DNA from: Piromyces finnis finn
Lineage: Eukaryota; Fungi; Neocallimastigomycota
DNA length: 64,000 nucleotides
Direction of reading: 5' to 3'
NCBI GenBank assembly: GCA_002104945.1
Contig: MCFH01000007.1
Coordinates: 372,001-436,000 of the forward strand
The translations under genes and the position numbers were made by a program. Below are positions 1-10,190 of this stretch, piece by piece. Positions within the stretch are counted from its first letter, which is position 1; each line of letters begins with the position of its first letter. The notes beneath the pieces were generated by a model that was not told where the DNA came from, ran no database searches, and worked only from the letters and a program-made list of their open reading frames with translations.

Positions 1-285
1 GAATTCAAGAGTTTACTCATTTAATATTTCTTTTTAATTTTACTTATTTATAATAACCCATACAAAGTTATTTTGGAAAATTAAACTAGATTGTTTTATA
101 TAAACGGCTAAATTGTTAAAAAAATATTTATATTATAATAGTTCTAAATCTTCTAAATCTTCCTATAGAATTCACGAGCTTACTCATTTTATCATAATTA
201 TTAGGTTGTCTTTTTTTATCGAAGCCATAAACTATTTTTCAGGTGATTACTTTATATATTAATTAAAAAACAGTTTTCTATATTT

Positions 286-440
286 ATAAAATAAAATAAA
301 ATAAAATAAAATAAAATAAAATAAAATAAAATAAAATAAAATAAAATAAAATAAAATAAAATAAAATAAAATAAAATAAAATAAAATAAAATAAAATAAA
401 ATAAAATAAAATAAAATAAAATAAAATAAAATAAAATAAA
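286..440. repeat. (ATAAA)31 pentanucleotide microsatellite
   Basis: Perfect ATAAA array read directly from the sequence. Confidence 0.97.
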
Positions 441-1228
441 ATAGATATTTAACTTAATATTATATATATTAATTAAAATTCTTGATGAATAATCTTAACC
501 CTATTTATATATCCTAAAATATTAGAAAAATTATTTTTTGTTTCTATTTAAATTAATAATTTATAAAGTATAAAATGTAATGTATATTATTATTAATAAA
601 GTTTATAATTTTATTTATGAATAATTTTGGAAATAAATATTATTGTTTTTTAATTTTTTATTTTATAAATGAATTAATATTTAAATGAATTTATGTATGG
701 AAGGAATATTGGAAGTATTACTTAATATTAATATATATTTTTTAAGCTAGTAATTATTTCAATTATTTACTTGAATATATAATGAAATTTAATTGATATA
801 TTAGTAGAATTATCTAATTTACAAATTAAAAAAAAAAAGCTATTTTTCTATGAGGAAAGTATTTAGTTATGATAATCAATAATATATATATTATTTCTTT
901 TTAAATAATTCTGTTAACTTTCATAAATGATTTCTTAATAAAAGATTTTATTAACTTTTTTCTAAAGAAGCATTCTTTAATATATATTTATTTAATATAT
1001 ACATCTTTTTATCATTATTATTATTATATGTATTTCTTTTAAAATGGTTTAAAATAAAAATAACCTTAAAAATCTTTATAATTAATAAAGTTTGTATAAT
1101 TATATATTTCATTATATTTTTCTTAATTTAATAAAGACGTATAAATATATAAGCTTCTTTTTTTTTTTTTTTAAAAAAAATAAATAAATAAAAACAACGT
1201 TATATATTTATATATTATGATTTGTATT

Positions 1229-1570
1229 AAAGTTATAAATATATTTTTAATATATTTTTATCCTTTTTTTTTTTTTTAACTAGTACATCTATATAATAAT
1301 TAAAAAATTTTAATTTCAATTTCTTTTTCTTTAAAGATGTATTCACTTAAATTTTTACTTACATAATATATAATATATAATAAATATTAATAAAGTTATA
1401 AATATACATTCAATATATTTTTATCCCTTCTATATTATTTGCTTTAAAGGACATCTATATAATATTTAGAAAATTTTGATCTTATTTTCTTTTTATTTCT
1501 TTAAAGATGTGTTCACTTAAATATTATTTACATAACATATAATAAAATATAAATAAAATATTAAATGTAT
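1229..1570. repeat. Diverged tandem duplication (~163-bp period) upstream of the ABC transporter
   Basis: Blocks AAAGTTATAAATATA..ATATATTTTTATCC, ACATCTATATAAT and TTTCTTTAAAGATGT(A/G)TTCACTTAAAT..TTACATAA occur twice in the same order (units start ~1229 and ~1392). Confidence 0.75.
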
Positions 1571-1694
1571 TTTTAATATAAATACTTTTATTTTAATATT
1601 ATTTTAAGATTTAATGAAACTTAAGAAAAAAAAAGTAACATTTATAAATATTAATTTCACTTACTAAATAAAGAAAAATAATAAAAATAATAAT

Positions 1695-4600
1695 ATGATA
1701 TTTAGAAGAAAAAAAAATATAATTCCTGTTCCTGAACAGCCTTCAGAAAGTCCATATACTGAAGCATCTTTTTTTTCGAAAATAACTTATTCTTGGGAAA
1801 ATAAGATATTTAAAGTTGGTTATAATAGACCTTTACAGCCTAATGATATTTATCTTTTACCATATCAATTTAAAGAAGAAAATAATGAAAAAAGATTCTA
1901 TCATTATTGGAATGAACAAAACAACTCACAGGTATCAAAGAGTATATTTAAATGTCTGTGGAAAATATATGGTAATAATTTTATAATTGCTGGTATTTTA
2001 AAACTCATTTCCGATATTTCTAATTTAATTGCACCTGTTTTTCTCGAATTATTATTGGAATTTTTGGAAAATTCACAAAATGAAAGTTCAATTACACAAT
2101 TACCAATTGAAGATACCTCAGTTATTTCTCCTGAATCATGGCAAGAAAAATTAAAACCATACATGGGATGGATTTATATTAGCTTAATTTTTATTTGTCA
2201 ATTAATTTACACATTTTGTGGTAATTATTTTTCAAATATGGTCTTAGAAATTGGTCTATCTGTATATGCCACTATTAATGGAATCCTTTATAATAAAACA
2301 TTTCGTCTTACAAATAAGGAAATGCAAAGTATTGGAGGAGGTAAAATTGTAAATATTATGTCTACTGATTCATATCGTATATGGCAACTCTCAGCTTATG
2401 GCCACTATATTTGGAGTAGTCCTCTTCAGCTTTTTATAATACAGGCTTTATTAGTGCGTTCTCTTGGTATTTGGTCTTTTATTGGTTTATCTATATTTCT
2501 TATTATTATTCCAATTCAGTTATTTGTAATGAAGATATTGATTTCTCTTCGAAAAAAAACAGCTAGTTTAACAGATGAACGTGTTAAAAAAACTCAAGAA
2601 ATTCTTGGAAATATTCGTATCATTAAATATTTTGGTTGGGAAAAAATATTTCAAAATATTATTTATAAACTTAGAGAAAAAGAATTGAAACTTACAAAAA
2701 GTAGTATCATTACCAATTCAGTAACTACAGCTGCTTTTAATATAATTCCATTCTTTGCTAGTGCGCTTACTTTTGTTGCTTATTCTGCAAATGGCAATGT
2801 TCTAACAGCAGCAAAAGTTTTTTCCTGTCATGCTTTATTTAATAAACTTTGTTCTCCACTTTCAAGTCTTTCTACTACATTTAATCAATTTACGAATGGT
2901 ATTATTGGTTTAAGACGTGTTTCTTACATTATGAACGGTAAAGAATTCGACAATCTAACAGAAATCAACCCTATGGCTGATTATGGAGTTTCTATTAAAA
3001 ATGGAAATTTTAATTGGGAAGTTGTAAGACCAGAAGACATTCTTGAAAAAAGTAATAGAGAAAAGAAACTTAGACATATGAATAGCAAGTTAAAAAAAAA
3101 GCCCCAACCTCAAGAAGAAGAAAAACAAAATGAATTAAAGATAGAAATGAAACGAAGACATCGTTACAGTCAAATTGAATGTATATGCAAAGATAATATT
3201 GATGTTGTTACGGATAGTCATAATATAAATGGTGCTATTGCAACAGATGATATGCTTGATCAATCAAAGAACAATGATGCTACTGTTTTTAAAAATATAT
3301 TAAAGTCTTTAAATTCTTTCTGTCTTCGTGATATTAATCTTAATATAAAGAAAGGTTCTTTAACAGCTATTGTTGGTGGTGTTGGTAGTGGTAAATCTTC
3401 TTTAATTAATGCAATTATTGGTGAGATGAAACGGGAATCAGGTCGTGTTATTATTGGAGGTTCTTATAGTTATTGCTCTCAAAAAGCATGGATTCGTAAT
3501 GCAAGTATTCGTGATAATATTATTTTAGGTAAATCATTTGATAAAGATCGTTATGATATAGCAGTTAAAAGTTGTGCTTTACGTCGAGATTTTCGAATTC
3601 TTTCTAACGGAGATATGACCGAATTAGTTGAAGGAGGTGCTAATCTTTCTGGTGGTCAAAAACAGCGTATTAATTTAGCAAGAGCGGTCTATGATAATAG
3701 TGATGTTATATTTATGGATGATCCATTATCTGCTGTAGATGCACATGTAAGTCGTTTTCTTTTTGATAAATGTATAAATGGTGCTTTAGCTAATAAAACT
3801 CGTGTTCTTGTTACTCATCAACTTCACTTACTTCCAAAGGTGGATTATGTTATTGTTATGAAAAATGGTTGCATTGAGGAACAAGGAGAATATAAAGATC
3901 TTTTAATTAAAAATGGTGAGCTAGCTCGATTATTGAGGGTCTCTGGAGATAATGAAAATGAAGATTATGAAGAGTCATTAGATATTTCAGCTAATTCAAA
4001 TAGTAATATAACTAAAAATGATTTTGATAGTGATGAAAGTATTGTTAATAGTATGAATGCGAATGCAAATGATAACAAAAAACCAGTTCAAGGTATTATT
4101 ATTCAAGAAGAAAGATCCACTGGTTCAATTAGCATTAAAGTCTATAATAATTATATAAAAGCTGGTGGTGGATATATTATATGTATATTCATATTATTAT
4201 TAGTTGGATTGACACAAGTAATAAAAATAGGTAGTGATACTTGGCTAGTGTACTGGACAGAAGATACATTAAATATGGAAATAAATGATTACATTCTTAT
4301 ATATTTATTTTGGAACATTGGTCAAACAATTGTTATTTTTATTTACTATGTTGTTATGGCAAATGTAGGTATTAGAGCTTCTAAAAGGGTTCATAACAAT
4401 GCAATTGATAGAATAATGAAAGCCCCTGTTTTTTTCTTTGATTCTAATCCATTAGGTCGTATTATAAATCGTTTCTCAATGGATCAAGATTCTTTAGATA
4501 ATAATTTATTCCTTACGTTACAAATTTTTTTAACTAGCCTTGGTTCTACTATTTCTACTTTAGCTTTAATGCTTTATGCATCCCCTATTCTTGGGGTAGC

Positions 4601-5915
4601 AGTAGTGCCATTACTTATTCTTTATTATCACATTCAACAAATGTATCGTCATACTGCCCGTGAATTAAAGCGTCTTGATGCTCTGAGACGATCACCAATA
4701 TATGATCATTTATCTGAAACCATAGATGGTTTGCCTACTATTCGTTCTTATCATGAACAAGAGCATTTAATCAAACATAATCAATATTTAATTAATGAAA
4801 ATAATCGACCTATCCACCTTCAAATAACTGCTGAGAGATGGATGGAAGTTCGTTTAGAATTGATTGGATCCTTTTTAGTTTTACTTAATGGTTGTGCTGG
4901 AATGCTTTTAAAAGATACTCTTTCTATATCTTTATTAGGTTTAAGTTTATCATATGCTCTTCAACTAACATCTAATCTTAATACTACAGTTCGTAATCTT
5001 TGTAATACCGAGATATATATGAATTCCGCAGAACGTCTTCTTCATTATGCAGAAGAAGTTGAAACTGAAAAACAAGATGGAAAAGAAGCACCATTAGGTT
5101 GGCCAACCCAAGGAAAAGTGGAGATTAGAAACTTAACTATGAGTTATGCACCATACTTACCACCAACTATTCGAAATATCTCTCTAGATATTAATTCATG
5201 TGAAAAAGTTGGTATAGTCGGTCGTACTGGTGCTGGTAAATCTAGTATTATTATGAATCTATTCCGAATGGTAGAACCTGAATTAGGTTCATCAATTACC
5301 ATTGATGACATATCAATTCTTGACATGAAACTCTCTAATCTTCGCAAAAATATTTCAATTATACCGCAAGAACCAGTTCTTTTCTCTGGTACTATTCGTT
5401 TTAATATGGACCCACTTAATGAGCATACAGATAGTGAAATTTGGGATGCATTAGAAAATTCTGGTGTGAAGGAATTAGTTATGAATATGGAAAATAAGTT
5501 AGAAGCTGAAGTTTTATGCCATGGAGAAAACTTTAGTGTAGGTCAAAAACAACTATTTTGTTTAGCGCGTGCTATGATACGTAATAGTCATATTATTATT
5601 ATGGATGAAGCTACTGCTTCATGTGATATTGAAACAGATTCTATTATTCAAAAAGCACTTCGTAACAATTTTAATGAATCAACAATAATAACAATTGCAC
5701 ACCGTCTAAATACTATTATTGATTATGATAAAATTTTAGTATTGGATAAAGGTGAACTTATTGAATATGATTCACCAAAGAATCTACTTTTTGAAAATGG
5801 ATCAAATAAAGAATTAATTCCTATCCATAATACTGAATTTTCAAAACTAGTCGATGAAACTGGTTTGTGCAATGCTGAATTGTTAAGACAAATGGCACTA
5901 TCTAAAAAATTTTAA
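1695..5915 (+). CDS. ABCC/MRP-family ABC transporter (Yor1/short-MRP type, TMD1-NBD1-TMD2-NBD2), 1406 aa, intronless
   Basis: NBD1 Walker A GGVGSGKSS, signature LSGGQKQR, degenerate Walker B MDDPLSAVD. NBD2 GRTGAGKSS, FSVGQKQL, MDEATAS. MRP motifs ASFFSKITYSW and FFDSNPLGRIINRFS. No TMD0. Confidence 0.95.
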   Translation: MIFRRKKNIIPVPEQPSESPYTEASFFSKITYSWENKIFKVGYNRPLQPNDIYLLPYQFKEENNEKRFYHYWNEQNNSQVSKSIFKCLWKIYGNNFIIAGILKLISDISNLIAPVFLELLLEFLENSQNESSITQLPIEDTSVISPESWQEKLKPYMGWIYISLIFICQLIYTFCGNYFSNMVLEIGLSVYATINGILYNKTFRLTNKEMQSIGGGKIVNIMSTDSYRIWQLSAYGHYIWSSPLQLFIIQALLVRSLGIWSFIGLSIFLIIIPIQLFVMKILISLRKKTASLTDERVKKTQEILGNIRIIKYFGWEKIFQNIIYKLREKELKLTKSSIITNSVTTAAFNIIPFFASALTFVAYSANGNVLTAAKVFSCHALFNKLCSPLSSLSTTFNQFTNGIIGLRRVSYIMNGKEFDNLTEINPMADYGVSIKNGNFNWEVVRPEDILEKSNREKKLRHMNSKLKKKPQPQEEEKQNELKIEMKRRHRYSQIECICKDNIDVVTDSHNINGAIATDDMLDQSKNNDATVFKNILKSLNSFCLRDINLNIKKGSLTAIVGGVGSGKSSLINAIIGEMKRESGRVIIGGSYSYCSQKAWIRNASIRDNIILGKSFDKDRYDIAVKSCALRRDFRILSNGDMTELVEGGANLSGGQKQRINLARAVYDNSDVIFMDDPLSAVDAHVSRFLFDKCINGALANKTRVLVTHQLHLLPKVDYVIVMKNGCIEEQGEYKDLLIKNGELARLLRVSGDNENEDYEESLDISANSNSNITKNDFDSDESIVNSMNANANDNKKPVQGIIIQEERSTGSISIKVYNNYIKAGGGYIICIFILLLVGLTQVIKIGSDTWLVYWTEDTLNMEINDYILIYLFWNIGQTIVIFIYYVVMANVGIRASKRVHNNAIDRIMKAPVFFFDSNPLGRIINRFSMDQDSLDNNLFLTLQIFLTSLGSTISTLALMLYASPILGVAVVPLLILYYHIQQMYRHTARELKRLDALRRSPIYDHLSETIDGLPTIRSYHEQEHLIKHNQYLINENNRPIHLQITAERWMEVRLELIGSFLVLLNGCAGMLLKDTLSISLLGLSLSYALQLTSNLNTTVRNLCNTEIYMNSAERLLHYAEEVETEKQDGKEAPLGWPTQGKVEIRNLTMSYAPYLPPTIRNISLDINSCEKVGIVGRTGAGKSSIIMNLFRMVEPELGSSITIDDISILDMKLSNLRKNISIIPQEPVLFSGTIRFNMDPLNEHTDSEIWDALENSGVKELVMNMENKLEAEVLCHGENFSVGQKQLFCLARAMIRNSHIIIMDEATASCDIETDSIIQKALRNNFNESTIITIAHRLNTIIDYDKILVLDKGELIEYDSPKNLLFENGSNKELIPIHNTEFSKLVDETGLCNAELLRQMALSKKF

Positions 5916-6098
5916 ATTTATATATATAATATATATATATTCAAATATTTTTATAATATTAATAGTGTTTAAAAATTAAGCTTTTTATATTAAAATTAAT
6001 TGTTATAACAAATTTAAATTTCAATTATATTTAAACAATAAAATATTACAAAATAATATAATTTAGTAATAAATTTATCATTAAAATTTATTTAAAAA

Positions 6099-6180
6099 CG
6101 TCATCTGCAGGGTTTGAACCTGCGCGGGCAGAGCCCATCAGATTTCAAGTCTGACTCCTTAACCACTCGGACAAACTGAC
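6099..6180 (-). tRNA. tRNA-Ser (anticodon UGA), 82 nt, long variable arm
   Basis: Reverse complement folds as a cloverleaf: anticodon arm TCAGA-CTTGAAA-TCTGA, variable arm GGGC-TCT-GCCC, T-arm GCAGG-TTCAAAC-CCTGC, discriminator G, followed by a TTTTT Pol III terminator. One acceptor-stem mismatch (G5:A68). Confidence 0.93.
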
Positions 6181-6196
6181 ATTCAGTTGTTATTGT

Positions 6197-7273
6197 TGAT
6201 ACGCTACTCACATAAAAACGTAATAAAAACTAGCCGAATAAACACGACTTAACCCATAGCGACTTATAATAAAAATAAAAGATAATAACCCTTAAAAATG
6301 AATAAATAATAATTTTATGGAAATATAACCCTTTCTTTTAAATAAATAATATTCTCTTTATTAAATAATAAATTATGAATAAAAACGACTTAATAGAGAT
6401 AATAATAAAATAAATTATTAAATAAAATAAAACGACTCAATCCAAAAATGTATTAAAATAATAAAATAATAATAAGTAAATAAAAATGAATAAATAAACT
6501 AAAAAAATAAAATGATATACATTAAATTATTAATTCTAGTGTTTTATCCAAGTGTTCTTTAGAAATTCTTTCAAACTTATATATATAAATTAACAAATAA
6601 ATAACTGAGTAATTATTACTAAAAGTGATTAATTTAAAGCCTGGAAATAGAACAATAATAACAATTTCAAAGATAAAATACAGAACTCTTTTATGTTTCT
6701 GTATAAAATGAGTGTTTATAATAATTGATACTTTTAATATTTTAATTTCATTTTAATTTTATTTTAATATTATTTTAATTTTAAATTTTAATTATTTTAT
6801 TCAAGGTATTATACATTTAATGATAGTCAATGATAATTTATAATAATTTTTCTAAATTTAAACATTTTGAAGTAATAAGAAAATCAAATAAGTAATATTC
6901 TATAATATTTTATAATACTAAGACATAATTTTAATTTATTCTTTTAATTTTAATAAATAATAACAATAGTAATAATAACATTCAATAGTTAAAAATAATA
7001 ATACATGTAATAAATGAAAATGTATAAAAGGAAGATAAAATTCTTCTTTATAAAGGGGGGACAATAAATAGACAATAAATAAATTATAAATATAATAAAG
7101 AGATAATTTAAACATAATAAAAAGAGTTTATTTTCGAGTTTTTGAGTGATTTATTTGTTAATTATAAAACATATTTTATTTTATTTTAAATTTATTGTTT
7201 CATCATTATAATATAGAATTTATTATTTATTAAAAACATTATATTATTCACAAATATATCGGTCAACGCATCA
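6197..7273 (+). repeat. LTR1 (1077 bp)
   Basis: Starts TGATACGC, ends AACGCATCA (imperfect terminal inverted repeat); near-identical to LTR2 and LTR3. Confidence 0.95.
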
Positions 7274-7281
7274 TAAAATTT

Positions 7282-7299
7282 TGGTGGAGAATCCGGGCG
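7282..7299 (+). promoter_or_regulatory. Primer-binding site, complementary to a tRNA 3' end (most likely tRNA-Ala)
   Basis: TGGTGGAGAATCCGGGCG reverse-complements to CGCCCGGATTCTCCA-CCA, resembling the eukaryotic tRNA-Ala 3' end (ATTCTCCA, discriminator A). Confidence 0.8.
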
Positions 7300-7413
7300 T
7301 GACCAAAGATATGAAAAAGAATAATATTAATAATAATACTAATAAATTCTAAGATATTAAGCGTTTATAAAAAAACAGTTTACACTTAATTTAATTTTAT
7401 TATATATTCTTCT

Positions 7414-7445
<32 letters not shown>

Positions 7446-8673
7446 AAAAAAAAAAAAAAATTTAATTATATATATAAAAGGAAATATATATAATTTTAAA
7501 ATTATAAAAATTTTAATATTTCTAAAAAGGGTATTTAAGAAATTAAAGATTAAGTGATTAATAGTTAGTCATATACGTTACACAAGGAAGAAAATTTCTA
7601 TAATTCCTATAATCGTTTCCGTTCTTATTATTAATAAGGATAACTTAATCCATTCAGTTAGTTTGTTATATTTCTGATCTATCCAGGGGATCAGTGTGAT
7701 AGTAAAAACTAGGAAAAAAGTTAATCCTTCTCAGCAGTTAATAATAAGATCATAATTTGAATTAAATATACAATTTTTATTTCTTAATTAAGAGAATAAA
7801 TTAATTCACCAGTGCTTATTTGTAGAGGCGGCTGTTGAATGAAAAACTTCTTAGCTTAAGGCTACCTACATATTAAGCGAATAATTTATTTCAATATTCT
7901 TAATTATTGACTAAAAATTTTTTAATTTAAATTATAACAAAAAAAAAAAATAGTAAGTATATATTGGTTGTTGTTATATAATAGACTGAGTTCGAAATAT
8001 AGCAATAATTAAAGCAATTATTATTTAGAGAGTAAGGCGGGTACACACTCAGCAAGAGGGAGTAGGTATACTAGACAGCCTTTATTTGATTCTCAAGTAA
8101 GAGAGTAGCAAGTTCGGCTGAAAATCCTGAGTAAGGAGCAGAACTTTGGAAGTGAAAATTTATCATTTAAAGGTGGGGGTTTAGTAGGGATCCGAAAGTC
8201 TTTATAGTCACTGTGCCTCGGGTGCCTAAAAATAAATAAATAATTGTAACAATATATATAAACTATTATAATTAAATTAAATAAAAAAAAATATACATAT
8301 TCTTATAAATTCCTAATTGCAAAAAAAAAAAAAAAAAAAAAAAAAATTATTCTTTCATTCTTCCTTGATCATTTAAAATTGAGAGTTAATAAATAGCATT
8401 TAAATTTATAATTAGATATTATTCCGTAAAGCTTCTATTATTCCTGACTAATAATAATAATATAATATACTTTCTATAAAATACTTCTCCGATCTGATCT
8501 CATTCAATATTAAATTTCATTATTTATATAATTTTTATAATTTATATAATCCATATAATATATATAATTTATACAATATATATATAGATTTCTGTTGTAT
8601 TACTTATTTTTTATTCTTTTATTTTTCCTTAATATACTTCTCAATTTCTAAATAATTTTCTTTAATTTTTTTT

Positions 8674-8710
<37 letters not shown>

Positions 8711-8944
8711 ATAAATTTTATATTATTTTATACTTTATCAATTTATCAATTATTTATATATTCAATTCTTTTCATTTTTAATTTTATAAATATTATTAAT
8801 ATTATTATATTATTAAAGTTCAAAACACATATATATATATATAATATATAAATTCCAATTATTTTCTTTATTATCATTTATTTCAAATTAAATTATTCTT
8901 TTATTTTAATTATTTTACCTTATAAGAAATTTATATATACAAAA

Positions 8945-10168
8945 ATGAAGATCAGTGAAATCACTAAAATACTACCTAGAATTGGTAGTCAAGATAGGGA
9001 TATCGAAAGCTGGGCTGAAGAATTCAGCAGAGTTATGGACCTATCTGATATCAATGATCCCAAAAAGATATTCGCTTGGGCAAAGGAATGTGTCCAAGGT
9101 AGATTAAAAGGAATCATTGATGACTTAAAAACAGAAAGTGATACTGGAACAAATTATCCTAGTATCGAAGATATTAAAGAGGCTATTGAAGAATACTTAG
9201 AAATCACGCCTCAAGAAAAATGCTTCAATGTTAAGTCTCTAAAAATTAGAAGAGGAGAAAGTATTAAGGATTTCAACTGGAGATACGGAAACTTATATAA
9301 AAATCTTAATGTTGGATCCCAACTATTCGTTACTGTTAAGGATTATACTAATTCCATTATTTCTCGTCCTTTTATCAGAACTCAAGTAATCACTGCCCAA
9401 CCTAAAGATATAGAAGCCGCTTTTAAGGTTGCCGAATTAGCTGAATCAGCAACTGAAGTTCCTCAGTATCATAATGTAAATATGTTTACTGATAACCAAC
9501 CCTACTTTGATCCATATCAAAACCAAAATTATAATCTATTTACTCAACATAGTGGTGGAACTAATTATAATTATTTTAATAATAATGATAGTCCATATAC
9601 TTATAATGGATACTACAATAATAACTATAATAATAATTATGATAATAATAATAATTATAATAATTATAATATGCGATTCAATGGAAACTATAATATGAGA
9701 AATCAACGTTTTAATAAGAGAAATAATTACAGAAATAATTACCCAAATAATTTCAATACTAATAATAATAGTTATAGTAACAATTATAATAATAATTATA
9801 ACAATAATTATAACAACTATCAAGGTGATCAAAATGCATATAATAATGGTTATAGTAAATACCCTTATAATTCTAGTACATTTAATAACAATAATTATTC
9901 CAATATGGAAGAAAATAAATCATATCAAAATTCCACTAATTATTCTAATAATGTTAATGCTAATAAAATGAATACTACTACTAATAGAGTTAATCAAACT
10001 ACATCTCAAAGTCAAGTGAATATGTTTAACCAGTCTCAAAGAAATAAATGTTTTAGATGTCAACAAGTAGGCCACAAAATGCAAGATTGCAAATATACAT
10101 TCCAAGAACTTGCAGAAATGGAAAAACAAGGCCTTATAAACTCTAATCAAAATCATTTAAACTTATGA
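8945..10168 (+). CDS. gag: Gag of Gypsy copy 1 (capsid, Asn/Tyr-rich region, CCHC zinc knuckle), 407 aa
   Basis: Zinc knuckle [14 protein letters not shown]; position upstream of pol. Confidence 0.93.
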   Translation: MKISEITKILPRIGSQDRDIESWAEEFSRVMDLSDINDPKKIFAWAKECVQGRLKGIIDDLKTESDTGTNYPSIEDIKEAIEEYLEITPQEKCFNVKSLKIRRGESIKDFNWRYGNLYKNLNVGSQLFVTVKDYTNSIISRPFIRTQVITAQPKDIEAAFKVAELAESATEVPQYHNVNMFTDNQPYFDPYQNQNYNLFTQHSGGTNYNYFNNNDSPYTYNGYYNNNYNNNYDNNNNYNNYNMRFNGNYNMRNQRFNKRNNYRNNYPNNFNTNNNSYSNNYNNNYNNNYNNYQGDQNAYNNGYSKYPYNSSTFNNNNYSNMEENKSYQNSTNYSNNVNANKMNTTTNRVNQTTSQSQVNMFNQSQRNKCFRCQQVGHKMQDCKYTFQELAEMEKQGLINSNQNHLNL

Positions 10169-10190
10169 GTGGGAGAAGGAATACTCCCAT
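10156..10190 (+). promoter_or_regulatory. Putative -1 ribosomal frameshift signal, copy 1
   Basis: T_TTA_AAC heptamer in the gag frame (10156-10162). A -1 slip enters the pol frame. After a 6-nt spacer comes stem GTGGGAG/CTCCCAT (10169-10190). Confidence 0.75.

Noticed and set aside
6193-6196. Possible 3-bp TSD (TTG) if the array were shifted one base at each end
   Set aside because: It requires non-TG/CA termini and an atypical TSD length, and is easily a chance match in T-rich flanks.
9507-9832. Ile-rich ORFs overlapping gag (also 18198-18523) and other short antisense or alternate-frame ORFs within ABC, gag, LINE and NDT80 genes
   Set aside because: Shadow frames of AAT-rich or real coding sequence; no independent motifs.
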